A DNA stretch of 63,719 nt, counting the filler, from Mitosporidium daphniae (Eukaryota): the NCBI RefSeq assembly GCF_000760515.2. It is 6 parts of 6 records of this genome, joined end to end, with 100 filler letters (N's around TTAATTAATTAA, not from the genome) between each part and the next. Parts side by side here need not be neighbours in the genome. Positions count along the whole stretch, not along the records: positions 42,880 to 53,317 come from NW_013546686.1; positions 53,418 to 63,719 come from NW_013546685.1; 4 more parts are not named here. One strand, 5' to 3'. The notes below the pieces were generated by a model that did not search any database, was not told the origin of the DNA, and was given only the letters and a program-made list of their open reading frames with translations. Below are positions 48,225 to 60,649 of this stretch, in pieces. Position 1 is the stretch's first letter, and the number at the start of each line of letters is the position of its first letter. The position numbers and the translations under genes were made by a program.

Positions 48225-49787
48225 TCAAGGCTCTAAATTTACGGAGGCATGAGAAAACCAATGGGGGGTCTCTTCAATTTCAGCCAAGATCTGGTCGAGA
48301 GACCTGGATTCGCAGAGTGCAGCCATGTCTATGCGATCGCCAAAAATAAAGGTCCTTCTAAGAGTTTCCCATAAATTGGTGGATATGTTTTTTGCAGGAG
48401 GTGGCATGCCTGGATGCAAATATTGCGCTTTTAGGGCGCGAATTAAATATTCCGCCGCTTCTTGGTAGCAGCCAACGTTCATGCAAGAAACACCCAAGTT
48501 ATGCAGCGCCCTGATGAAGGAGGGCTTTAAAGATAAAGCCTTCTCATACATGGCAATTGCCTTTTCGCTTTGATGGTTATTTGCAAGAGTCGCGCCCAAC
48601 CGATTCCACAGCAAATAATCGCTGGGAAACATATTAACAGATGTTTGAAAACAATCGATGGATCGATCAAACTCGCCCATGCTGTAAAATAAAAGTCCGA
48701 GAGCCATTTGGAGATTGGAAGAGAACTTTTGATCCCACCCTCGTCGATTAATAACTTCAAGCAGTGCCGAAATAAGCGCGTCTCTTGATGCGGTCGTAGG
48801 GACAATAAACCCATCAACTGCAATGGCAAGCCATTTTGTAAGCACCTGAATAACCCTCTCATCATAAGCTTCATTTGTCAGCGACACCGCCAAGGCTAAA
48901 AGAGCGTCTGCATTTTTTGGGTCAATTGAAAGGGATTCCTCATAAGCGATAAGGGCAGCACCTTCTTTTTCATTCTCTGCTTGACAATTTCCGAGAAGAA
49001 ACCACGCCTTAGAGAGTAGCTTTATGTCATCGGAGGACGGCAAATAGCTTTGAATTGCAGCTTCAAAGGCAAGTGCAGCCTCAGTTAGCGATCCGGCGGG
49101 ATTGGAAAAGATTTCCAGCCCAATTGAGAGGGGGTCACTTTCCTGCATGAAGGGATTATTTTCTTCAAAAGCATACTTTGACGAAGATGAGATCAAATTT
49201 GAGACCTTACTGTTCCACAGTGACTCGAACATTTGAAAGTCAGAAGCAGTCTGATCAGTTACACTATCGTTGTTTGAAAACTCGTCCCTCCATGATTCTG
49301 ATTGAGAGCTTTTGGAGTTGGAGCCATTCCAAAGTGATTCGAATTGGTCAAAAAGCTCATTTAACTGCTGTTGTTCATTAATGGGTAGCCGATTTTCCAT
49401 TGCAGATTCAGCTTGGTCAAACTCTGCTGCCCAAAGGGCTTCAGGATTCTTTTCTTTTTCAAACGAAAATTCATTGATCCATGTACGAAAGTGAGCATTT
49501 GTTATTGAATCAAAATGTTTTTCTTGTTTTTTTGAAAAAGAGCATTCATCGGCAAGGAATTCAGAACTCCATGAAGCGGAAGAAGCGGAAGAAGCGGAAG
49601 CGGGATGCCTTCCACTAGCAAATGAGCTTTCCAGTTCAAAATCTTTCACCGTCGATGAAAGTTCTAAGCCAGTATTGAGAAGCTCTTTTCTTTTTATTTG
49701 AAACCCATTGTTCAGGTGGTCAATGAGCTTTGCCACAGGCTTGCTTGAAGCTGCCACTTCCTGGCATGAGAGATCAGTTGGGTTCAT
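48225..49787 (-). CDS. PEX5: Peroxisomal PTS1 receptor Pex5
   Basis: N-terminal Cys, several WxxxF motifs, YAFEENNPF, TPRs with LWNRLGATLAN. Confidence 0.93.
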   Translation of the reverse strand: MNPTDLSCQEVAASSKPVAKLIDHLNNGFQIKRKELLNTGLELSSTVKDFELESSFASGRHPASASSASSASWSSEFLADECSFSKKQEKHFDSITNAHFRTWINEFSFEKEKNPEALWAAEFDQAESAMENRLPINEQQQLNELFDQFESLWNGSNSKSSQSESWRDEFSNNDSVTDQTASDFQMFESLWNSKVSNLISSSSKYAFEENNPFMQESDPLSIGLEIFSNPAGSLTEAALAFEAAIQSYLPSSDDIKLLSKAWFLLGNCQAENEKEGAALIAYEESLSIDPKNADALLALAVSLTNEAYDERVIQVLTKWLAIAVDGFIVPTTASRDALISALLEVINRRGWDQKFSSNLQMALGLLFYSMGEFDRSIDCFQTSVNMFPSDYLLWNRLGATLANNHQSEKAIAMYEKALSLKPSFIRALHNLGVSCMNVGCYQEAAEYLIRALKAQYLHPGMPPPAKNISTNLWETLRRTFIFGDRIDMAALCESRSLDQILAEIEETPHWFSHASVNLEP

Positions 49788-49840
49788 CTATTTTTAAAAG
49801 TCATTGTTGCTTCAAACCCCAAATTTCATTTTGCCATCCA

Positions 49841-49934
49841 TGCAACTTTGAGTCTTTTAGGGCTGCAATTTTGAGTCTTTTAAGGCTGCAACTTTGAATC
49901 TTTTAGCGCTGCAACTTTGAATCTTTTAGCGTTG
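49841..49934. repeat. 23-bp tandem repeat x4 in the PEX5/TCTP divergent promoter
   Basis: Unit TGCAACTTTGA(G/A)TCTTTTAG(G/C)GC. Confidence 0.92.
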
Positions 49935-49981
49935 TAAAATTAAATTTGTCCAAAGTTGATTGGTAAACTTTTTTTAGTCCA

Positions 49982-50555
49982 ATGCTTCTCTATAAAGATG
50001 TCATAACAAGTGAGTTTCATATTTCATCCATCCTCTCCCTCTTTGTTTTTTATAATCCTCTTATACCTAGAGGATGAATTGGCCAGCGATTCTTTTTGCT
50101 TGAAAGACGAAGGGTTTTTCTATCGGATTCAAACCAACTATATCAACAAAGCTGGTTTAAAAATCGATATTGGAGCCAACCCCTCTGCTGAAGGAGCAGA
50201 TGCTGATGAAGGCGTGTGCGATTCAACTTCTGGTGATATCGTCAATGATTTCATTGACAGTTTCCGTCTTCAGGAAACTAGCTTTGATAAAAAGAGCTAC
50301 CAGCACTATATTCGAGGATATTTGAAAGCTATAAAAGCATATCTATCCGAAAAAAATGCAACTCGAGTTTCTGAATTTGAAGATCTTGCTAAAGTTCATG
50401 TTCGAAACATCATAGAAAACATTGACGACTTTAAATTCTTTAATACCGAATCCATGGATCCAGATGGCATGATCATTATTATGGGCTATGAAGATGAAAG
50501 CAAGCCACCTTATGCCCTTTTATTCAAGGATGGTTGTTATACAGAAAAAATATAA
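49982..50555 (+). CDS. TMA19: Translationally controlled tumour protein (TCTP), intron 50010-50070
   Basis: MLLYKDVIT|KDELASDS, IGANPSAE, FRLQETSFDKKSY and ESMDPDGM. Confidence 0.95.
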
Positions 50556-50740
50556 CCAATAAAATTCATTTCAATTCGCATTTCTGATCTTTTCCCGCTT
50601 TGTAAGCTATCAATGGCAGCTAATAGTTGCCTGTTGTTGCGGCTCATTCGGGAAGGCCAGGGTTTGGGCCGAGGTTGGAGCTAAATTTTATAATTTGCAT
50701 GCTCGCGAATGCCAAGTTGATTAAATGATTTTTAAATTTA

Positions 50741-51378
50741 ATGGCAAAGAAGCGCTCCTCGGCCTTGACGGAAGCTAATGATGTATATACGGTCGAAAGG
50801 ATCGCCGGTCGACGCACAAAGAATGTACGGTTCGCATATTGATTTCCATAGGGCAAAATCGAATATTTAATCAAATGGGAAAATTACGACGACAAAGACA
50901 ACACTTGGGAATCTGAAGACAATGTTTTTTGCGATGACTTGATTATCCAGTATAATTTGGAACACCCTGAAGATACTCCAGAATCATCGCCCTCTACGGA
51001 CGTTAGTGGAGACTCTGGCTATCAGTCTTTAAGCCCAACAGTCTCCGATCACGGCACCTCAATTGTCGGAAATACCCGAAAGCCCCGAAGGTCAAAATCC
51101 GATATGGTGGCTCTTGGAATTTGGGAAGATGATGTAGATGAAGTTATTACCATGGAAAAACGGGGAGATGATCTTTTTATCCATCTACGATGGTTTGGAC
51201 GTTTTGTTTGTAACGGTATAGGAAAGACGGTACCGCAACGGTCCACAAAAACAATATTGTGAATATCAACTGCCCCCAAAAGGTCATCAAATTTTATGAG
51301 AGCCGGCTTGTCTTTAAAACGATAGATTTAGATACGGCTACTGCTGCCGCCACTGCGCCCGAGACCGCAAGGCCTTGA
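50741..51378 (+). CDS. HP1/Swi6-like chromo plus chromoshadow protein, 3 exons
   Basis: YTVERI..EYLIKWENY..DNTWESEDN; CPQKVIKFYESRLVF. Confidence 0.9.
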
Positions 51379-51492
51379 GCAGTTTCAAAGTAATAAATCG
51401 GTTACCCATGCAATGTACTTTTCTCGAATTAAGTTTTATTGTGCTATCGTGAATAATTACCAATCTCAGCTACTTGTAAGGAGTAAGGAAAA

Positions 51493-52542
51493 TTAAAAGA
51501 CTTTTGGCAGATTTGATCTTAATTGGGGAGCCTCTTTGATCGTATTAAAGACCGGATCCTTCAACGCTTGGTGTATGGTGATCTTTTTTGCTCGGATACT
51601 TTCGCAAACAAAACGAAGAGCAGATAGCGGCGGGTGGGTTGGAGCAAGCATTTTCTTGGATATAGATGGAGCTTTCTTAACTATCGAGAGACATAGCTCT
51701 GCTGCCCGTCTCTCATCCGAACATGAGTCTGTGAACATAAAATCAGAATCTTCGGTATCACTAGAAAATTCGGAAATAATTTGCTGGGCCAGGCCAAAGT
51801 CGATCAAGTGTACGCTTCCATCCTAAACGAACTGGTTGAAGACCCATCCTACCTTTGACAGCATAAAGTTTGAAGTAGAAATGTCAGCATGGCATATCTT
51901 TAGATCCTTAATGGAGGCCACAAGAGAAAGAATTTGGAAACAAAGTCTAAAGATATCACTAGGTGCCTTAATATGCTCCGACCACGATGCTCGATTCAGG
52001 GGCTCTCCCACAACCAAGGGCATAATCAACTAGGAAGGTAAGGCAAAAAACCGCATACAAATATCTTTTCCTTGTAAAAATAGGATTCTTTAATTGGGGT
52101 CAGAAAGGGTCCCCTTTTTACACCTTCGCTAGAGGCAATTATCAGCTCGTTGATTGCACATTTAGCCCGATATGAGGAAACCAGCGGGACAAGCTTAACG
52201 GCATACTAGAGATAAGCACATTCATATTGCACTTACCTGATTGGAATCTCTCTTAGATTGGGCCAGATAAACACCACCATATTTGCCAGAACCAAGAAAC
52301 AGTTCTGGATTGGGACCTTCGATTTCTTCTCTGGGAGATCGTTTGGCCTTGATAGTGAAGATGACATCTGGAATAAGGTAATCTAATCTTGGGTCGCGTT
52401 CATTATATGTAACCAATTTTCGTATCATATCGATGAGGGTTTCTCTCGAGACTCCATTGCTCGAAACGCTTGAAGAACAAGAAGAAGACGAACCCACAAC
52501 GGTAATCACATAAAATAGAATAAAGAGCGTTTTGGTTGCCAT
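51493..52542 (-). CDS. Signal-peptide-bearing atypical protein kinase, ~5 exons
   Basis: MATKTLFILFYVITVVGS; LGSGKYGGVY, YAVK, HADISTSN and IDFG; short C-lobe without APE. Confidence 0.75.
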
Positions 52543-52808
52543 AAGATGAGATTTCAAATTTTGCCATCATACATATGGCAACTTGGATGACGTTGAAATG
52601 GTAAATTGAAACAAATTGTGATAAATAATTTCTTGAAAGTAGCCAAAAACGCGGTTTTTAAATTGCTGTCGCCACGGATCGAATCAAAGTTTAATTTCTG
52701 GTCCAATGAATGCCAGCCATAGGGGACCAATTAGCCCCAGTTCAAATGAAACACACCATTTAACAGCGCAGGAACAGGGTATTTATAGCTCAACCGAGTA
52801 TACACCCT

Positions 52809-53317
52809 ATGGTATTAAACTGGATATATCATTTGCTGCGAGGCAAGAACCATGGAACAAAGGTGGAGACACCAGCCGATATTGATCTGATTGCATGCAG
52901 CAACTTGGCGGAATGGTCCGACGTTGTTATTTCTTATGACAGGCCTTCAAAACTTGCACAAAACAATACACATTCGATCGAACACGCCACGGGGCACACG
53001 CAAACTACAATTCCAGAATATTTTGTTATTGAACTAGAACAAGGGAGAAAGAAAGCCCCGCAAAAGGACGAGATCAAATCCCAAAAGGACGAGATCAAAT
53101 CCCAAAAGGACGAGATCAAATCCCAAAAGGACGAGATCAAATCCAAAAAGAAACAATGCGATCAGCAGAATCTTCTTTTATATTTCAAAAAGGGTGAAAA
53201 TTCCAGCCTTCAAAGTATATGCGACAATTCCATCCAAAAGAGCACGACCCAGCCTGCTTCCAAATCTAAATCCAAATCTAGCAGAAGGAGAGAAAGAAAA
53301 AAGAAGATTCTGCTGAT
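52809..53317 (+). CDS. Hypothetical protein with 4x QKDEIKS (21-bp) repeat, 3' truncated
   Basis: Open frame to the linker; perfect repeat at ~53060-53144. Confidence 0.5.
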
Positions 53318-53417
53318 NNNNNNNNNNNNNNNNNNNNNNNNNNNNNNNNNNNNNNNNNNNNTTAATTAATTAANNNNNNNNNNNNNNNNNNNNNNNNNNN
53401 NNNNNNNNNNNNNNNNN
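53318..53417. other. Artificial contig linker
   Basis: N-run/TTAATTAATTAA/N-run. Confidence 0.98.
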
Positions 53418-53686
53418 GCAACTCATTTTCCATGATAGCCGCATTCTGTGCAATTTTTCTTCGCATAATTGTAGGAAACAGCAAAATATTACATCGGACA
53501 GATAAGAAGGCTGAAAAGAGGTCAGTCTGGCTAGTATATTTACAATCGCTAATATCGATAAATTAGCCGAAAATTGGTCACGGGCAAAGAAAATAAGAAC
53601 CACCTCATAAAGCAGCCCTGTTATTGGAAAATGAGTTGCCGTTTATTTTAAAGCAATCCTGTCAAAATTTTGCAATTCCTGCCCCT

Positions 53687-54307
53687 ATGTCGTCAAAAAC
53701 AACAAATTTACTACTTGATATTTGGCAAAAGTTTATCTCGCTAAGGCAAAAGGTTTTTGCCAATAGCCACACCAATTCACAAGACGATATTATTCTCTTA
53801 AACGAATATCGCAATTTATTTAATCAAACCACTGCTGGTGTCGAAATTTCTGAATATGATAGGCAATTAATCGAAGCCATTATCAGATACTCTGAGAATC
53901 TCCAAAAGTCAATAGTGGCGAAAGGGGAATTTTTGATGAAGCGAGCTGATATTCTTTTCGTGTTCCAATCAAAAATTTCTGCCATCATCAATGAATCTAT
54001 TCCTTTAGACACGCTAGAAATCGAAAGAAGCCATATTCCGAAGCAAATGGGCTATCCAGAAAAGCACATCAATCCAAATTCAACCTCATCGTTAAAGTTT
54101 TCAAAAAGATCCAACTACCCAAAGAATGTTACCTTTGTTCTGAAAAACTGGCTGGAAAATAACACCAACCACCCATATCCCGATGAAGAGCAAAAGGTGA
54201 AATTGTCGAGGCAGACTGGATTATGCTTAACTCAAATCAACAATTGGTTTATTAATGCTAGAAGGAGAATCCTTCCCGATCTGACAGAAAAGCGCTCCAT
54301 TCGCTAG
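53687..54307 (+). CDS. TALE-class homeodomain transcription factor
   Basis: LKNWLE....HPYPDEEQK..L..QTGL..TQINNWFINARRRIL. Confidence 0.92.
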   Translation: MSSKTTNLLLDIWQKFISLRQKVFANSHTNSQDDIILLNEYRNLFNQTTAGVEISEYDRQLIEAIIRYSENLQKSIVAKGEFLMKRADILFVFQSKISAIINESIPLDTLEIERSHIPKQMGYPEKHINPNSTSSLKFSKRSNYPKNVTFVLKNWLENNTNHPYPDEEQKVKLSRQTGLCLTQINNWFINARRRILPDLTEKRSIR

Positions 54308-54422
54308 CTCTTTCTTTTGGACTGTGATTTTGATTGTGCTATTTTTTGCGTGCAAATTAAAATTTAAAGCAATGATCTAATCGATCAAATGCCCAATAAA
54401 TTGAGCGGTAAACAGTTCAGGC

Positions 54423-57400
54423 ATGTGGGTGTCTATTAAGTACTTTCTTGCAAGCATACTTATCTTGCCTTGTCTCTTAAATGGAGAATATATTTATCTG
54501 CATCCAAAATTTACCAGTTCAATTCGCGCCGACCCGGTTTCTAAATATTACCCTTTAATAAGCAAAAGTCAAGAATTACATCCCCGATTGTATCAGATTT
54601 TAAATTTACCAGCCTCTCACGAGTCAAATTTTTATCGATTGGACGGAAATGGGAACCCGATCATTAATACTGACACTTCAATCGCATCTTCTTCTGAGAT
54701 AGGTCAGCTTGAAATTCCGGCTTCAATGTTATCTGCCTACGAATCACCTACTGTACTTGCAAATCTATTTATAAAAACTCATAGGGTTTCTGTTTGCGGA
54801 GACGGCATATTGGATTTTGGTAACGACGAAAAATGCGAATTTGTACTCACTGAAATGGGTAAAAATTCATTTGTAGCAACAACCCCACCGCCAAACTACC
54901 ACTTCCAATGGGTCCAAGATAAAAAGAGCATCCATCCCACGCAAAGGGAATGTCTTTGGGCTCCCGGAAGAATTGGCGGCTGCAATAATCGGGCCTCTTT
55001 AGGTGGCATTCAAAGGTTTCACCTTCCTTCGCCAATTTTTGCGCACTATTGCGGTGATGGGATTCATGATATTTCACCTACTCATCCGCTATTACAATCA
55101 TTATTGGAGGCATGGAACCAACCTACATCCGAATATCGGCAATTTTTTACCATATGTGGATACCTTGATGAACATTGCCTACTTCCAATCTACTGTAATG
55201 AAGGAAGCAATCCATGGATTGTTACCGGTAAGACTATTAGATTCACCTCAAATTCTCTCGAACAATGTGATCTTGGTGATCTTCTAAATGGTGCTGCCAG
55301 CTCTGGATGCACCTCTGAGTGTTCGCTCCGTTGTTCCCATAAGCATGGCGGTGTTGTTGATTGGAATGATTGGCCTCGGCTCTCGTGTCATCAGCCTTGT
55401 CCTGATGCCCGATGGAAAGGCTTGTATTGCGATGTACCAAATTGTGACCATGGAATACCAAATCTTCATGAAGGGGGATGCTATTCATGCGAAAACGGGT
55501 GGATAGGGCCCTCTTGCAGTCAAAATATTTGCGGAAATGGTCGGATTGCTGGATGGGATGATAGTGTTGCAAAGACACAAAGAAAGCCAATTTGCATATG
55601 CAATGCAGGCTGGTATGGTCCTGCGTGCGATAAAAGCTACTGTGCCTTATGGGATAGCGGCGGAAAATGCTTGGAATGCATTTCTGGGAAACGAGACCCA
55701 ACCACTTATTGCATCCAAGATGCTTGCGTTTATGGGGAAAAACCCCCTCGAGCTTCCGCCGACGGGTCGTGCCTTCAGCCGTGCAAGGTGGGGTTTTTTA
55801 GTGGCAAATTTTGCAATGAAACAAAATGTATTCAATGGGAAAGAATTGATCTGACCAGCATCAATGACATTAGATGTGTCAAATGTTTGCCGGGACATGA
55901 ACTTCCGAACTGTACCCCATCTCAAAATAGCAACGTATATTCTAGATGCGAGAATCCATGGAAGTTTGGTTATGACTGTTCCCAGTCCAGAAGAAAAAAT
56001 CCCTCAACAAATCAGTGCATCCCTGGATGGATTGGCAAATATTGCTCAATTTTGGCCTGTACTCGCGGCTATCCAGATTTTTCACACCCTAAACTGCATT
56101 GCATTAAGGGCTCTTGCCTTCCCGGCTGGGGGGGAAAGTGGTGTGAGATTAGCAATCTTATCCTTATTGATGATTTAAACAAGCATCAAAATTGGGCTAA
56201 AGCAAGAGCACTCGTATATAAAAAGTATGTTTATCTCACTCAAAACTCTCCACTGGGAGTTAGCTTGAAATTGTGGAGAGATATTGCAACGGCAATTGTG
56301 TATGGAAAAAGACCCACCGATTTGATGGCTAAAAACTCCATTAATCGCCTTCCTGATTGGAAGAATTTAGACAAGGCCATCGATCATGAAAGGGTCTATT
56401 TTTCTGAAAAGAGTTCGTGGATTCCTTTGAAACCGGATCAACAGATAAACCATGCCATTGACAATGTAAAGCTTGAAATGGGGAAATTTCTTCAAAGGCT
56501 AAAATCAAAGAACCTTTATGTTGGGATTTCTTCCAAGGATCCCAATTTTGACTATGATATTCCGATTCAGAAACATTGTGAATATGGGATTCCACAAGAA
56601 GCTTCAAAATATCTTCCATGTCGCGATTGTGCCCCTGGGTGGTTTGGCGACTATTGTGACATGACAAATTGTGTTGAATTTCTCAAAGACAACACGAATT
56701 GTACCAATTGCAAACCCGGTTATGAGGGAGATTTTTGCTTGATCGAAACCCTTAAGAAAGACAAAAATGTGGAATGCTCGAATGGATGGGAGAATCCCAA
56801 CTGTCAAATGCCAAAATGTCTTTATGGGTATAGGTTGGTATCGCCTCAATATAGCAGACAAAAAAAGCTTCATCAAGCTGTATCGGCTCAAAACCCAATC
56901 ACAATTGACATTATGCACTTGTTCAGGATCGAGCGAAAGTGGATTAAAAAGCATATACCCTGTGAACTGTCTGCTTCCCAAATGACAACCACTTCATATG
57001 ATATAAAAATGCATTCAATCGTAAAAACGGTGACAAATTCTTTGCTTTGTGATGGGATTCTTATAAGATCTGTTGAAGATTCTCGTTGTTCAGCTTGCTA
57101 TCCTGGATTTGGGGGAGATTATTGCACTACCATGTCTAATGGGAAGCCTATTGATAATTGTACGGAAATTTGTATCAATGGAGTTTGGAACTGGGAGAAA
57201 GGGTATTGTTTCCCCTGCTTTGCTGGCTTTTTCGGGGAAAGCTGCGAGAAAAGTCATTGTATGGAACTATCCACTTCAAATTATACTTGTATCTCATGCC
57301 AGATGCTCAATCCCTCTGAACTTGATTTAAAGCTTCGCGATCTTTTGAAAACCCATGCTTCTCCATTGTATGGACAGCGGTTTGGGGATTATTGTGAGTC

Positions 57401-60400
57401 TCGTGGGCTATGTTTGTTTGGAGTTCAATCAAAAACTGACGAAGGTTGTTTATCCTGTTCTTCGCCCTGTGTCACTGGCCCTTATTGTAATGAAACCCGA
57501 TGTTCTTATTTTTCTTCAGACCAGATTCCAATTTGTGCTGTTTGTAAAGAGGGCTGGAAGGGGGTTTGCTGTCAAGAAAGCGCCATCCTTGAGGAAAAGA
57601 AAGCTGTTCCTTCTATTTTAGATTCGATTTTTAACACTTGCAAATCAATTGGTCTTGTAGGATGGCCTCAGTGCAGTAGAAATCGCTGTACTTATGGAGC
57701 TATGAACCTCACCGATAGATAATTTTTTCGCTGCATTCCTGACTCTTGTTTGCCAGGATGGGGCGGTCCGTGGTGCACATTTCCGCTTTGGGAATCTGAA
57801 GATGTATCCCCAGCTCTCCAAACACATCTACTAAATCAGCTCAAAGAAGCAGTTAAATATTCAAATGTTGAGCAGAAAGCCCATCTACCACGTCGTATTG
57901 GATCTTGGCAGGGAGGAAAATCGATCGGATTTTCCTCAAACTCGCTTTTCACAGATATTGCGCCTTTTAAATCGGATCCAAAATGCAGCCTTCCTGCGCT
58001 TACTGGTCATTATTGCAATAGAAGATTTTGCAAAAACGGAATTTCATTCTCTGATAATTCAAAGGAATGCGAAGTTTGTTTTCCCGGTTGGATGGGACCA
58101 TTCTGTAATGAGACACACAGAAGGAATCCGTATAATGAAAGTGACGTTACGTGTGAGAAGGGTTGGTGGAATCCCATTCTTTGTGATAAAAAGTCAGAGT
58201 GTAAATCGGCTTCCTCTACACCCGATGATGACGGACTTCCCTGTCCAGGTGGGGTGGCAGATTTATTTTCAAACAAATGCGCCATTTGTTCATGGCCTAC
58301 TTTTTTCAAAGGGCCATATTGCAATCAAAGCACCTGCATTCATGGATCTCCATCACTTTTGCCTTCTTCCGAGGGAACTTGCTTGCCAGGATCGTGCAAT
58401 TTTGGGTGGAAAGGACATTTTTGCAACGAAAGCTTATGTTTGCATGGCTATAGAATACTATCATCTGGCGCAATAACGGAACATAATGTCTACTCATACT
58501 TTCCTTCTCAACGATGGTCTTATGGATGGCGGGGGATTGGCCGGGTTAAGGTAAAGTCCTCCCTCTCTAATTTGCACGAAAATTCCCAAACCTCTGCAAA
58601 TAAGGGATCTTCTGGTTTCTTTTTTTCTTTTTTCAATTGGAAGCTCCGTGAGAATCCTTCAGATATTAACAAGGTCTCTTCTCCTTCAAAAAATATCGAT
58701 GACTCTGTGAACGAAATAGCAGAAAGTCCTCTTTGTACAGAATGTTACCCTGGATATCCACAATCCCCTTTTTGCGACCAGCTATATCAAGATGCCTCCA
58801 TATGTATCCATGGATGGTTTGATCACTCTACAGGTAAATGTTCGGACTGTTTTCCTGGATGGGCAGGTCCACTGTGTGATACTTCTGCCTGCATAAAATG
58901 GCTGGTTCCGTATGTCAAATGCAAGGAATGCCAATCTGGTCTTCACGGTCCGCTATGTGAATACAAGTCTCTATGTATCCATGGTGTTCTTGATAGACGT
59001 TCGCCCTTGGGTGCGTGTCAGGCTCCATGTCTATTTCGCTTCTTTGTAGATCCTTTTTGCAATGAAACCAATTGTCTTGAAATCGGTGCAGATGGGATGC
59101 CAAAGCTTGATTCCAACGGATATTGCTTAGCATGTCGAGATGGTTACCAAGGCTCGTATTGCACCTCAAAGCTCAGTTGTGTCAATGGACTTGTTAGCGC
59201 TATATTAGCTGAGAAGAATGAAATGTGTATCCCTGGAACTTGTGCTCCTGGCTGGAGTGGGCCTTGGTGCCACAAAAGAACCTTATTTAGACCTGGATCC
59301 CCTACAGACACTACTAAGTGTGAAGAAGGGTGGATCGGCTCCTTATGCGACATTCCTGACTGCATGCATGGCGTTCCAGATTTTGCCTACGGATGGTGTC
59401 GTTGGTGTCATCCCGGCTGGGTAGGTCATGCTTGCGACACCAAACCTTGTCTATTTGGAATCTCCAATCTGCTATATCAGCCAATGAGAGAAAATAAAAG
59501 TCTCGAGCTATTTTCACCACCATGCATTCCAGGCACATGTTTGGACTCTTGGAGAGGCTCTGATTGTGCGCATCCATCCTGTTTTGGAGAGGGCGCTGAT
59601 TCTTCACTCTGGAACGTTCCCTCTGGAATCTTGTATTTGTTATTTGGGAAATCGGGCCCTCAGCGCGGATGGTCCTCTGTTCCCACTTTCACTGATTCTC
59701 CAAATGATGAGGCAGTAGTTGCTAAATCACCTGATATTCTCCCATCAACAGATGGAAGCATTCCAGGCATCGACTGGAATACTCTAAGTTGTATGGGATG
59801 TTCCCACCCATACTACAGACCGCCAACATGCGATAGGATCAACAGGTGTTTATGGGGAATTCTCGATGAGGCTTCTTCTGATGGAAGATGTGTTCCAGGC
59901 TCCTGCCAACGAGGGGGAGGTCCGTTTTGCTCAAAGCCAATCTGCTACCATGGAATCCCAGATCCCAAATTTACTCTTGGATGTCACAAGTGTTATTCTG
60001 GATGGAAGGGGCTTTCGAGCGACTCTAAATATCCATTGGTTATTGAGGAAGATGTTCCGAATGTGCTTGATCTCTCCTTTGATGCCCTCCCGATCTTGAT
60101 TTGCGATACTCCAACATGCATCAATGGATGGCTTCATTTTCTTTATCCGCCCACAGTAGACCCACATTCTTATATTTGTATTTGTTTTGATGGATGGCAG
60201 GGGCAAAACTGTGACCAGATAATGGAGGAAAGCTTTTCAAACGGCTCAGCAGGCCAACATAGACCTGGATGCCCTGAATATACGTGTCCCAAGCCCTTGG
60301 ATATGGCACTAGACTGCCCGAACGTCAATGACAACAACTCCGCTGTGACGATTGAAATTGCCCCTCGAAATGGATGTCCCCCAGGCACGGTGGACAGTCT

Positions 60401-60455
60401 GTTAGTGGAGCTTTTTTTGGAGAGAAAAAATTCAACATCAACAACCTCCTCATAA
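54423..60455 (+). CDS. ~2010-codon secreted Cys-rich EGF-like repeat protein with an internal in-frame TAA (57720-57722)
   Basis: Signal peptide; CGDG motifs; dozens of CxxG(W/F/Y)xGxxC units; both ORFs in one frame separated by a single stop. Confidence 0.85.
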
Positions 60456-60649
60456 AGTGTAGTTTAATTAAAATGCTCAAAAAATATTATTGTACCACCC
60501 AACGAGAGACATACTTTTGCATTTGATGGGGGGGGGAGGGGGAGAGTAAAAGTAGCCGTCAATAGTTGGTTCGACAGAAAATTTTAAAATTTGGCACAAT
60601 TGCATCATTAATTTCAGATGATGGTATTGTTGTGATTTTTTGCTCCTCA

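Noticed and set aside
49841..49934. CRISPR-like repeat array
   Set aside because: Head-to-tail units without spacers; eukaryotic context and no cas genes.
10828..53417. Regularly spaced TTAATTAATTAA flanked by Ns
   Set aside because: Artificial six-frame-stop linkers between size-sorted contigs; ORFs running into them are truncated.
27475..57722. Genome-wide TAA reassignment
   Set aside because: TAA terminates many genes here (Hsp20, MDH, JJJ1, ClpP), only two internal cases were seen, and scattered single Ns show imperfect consensus quality.
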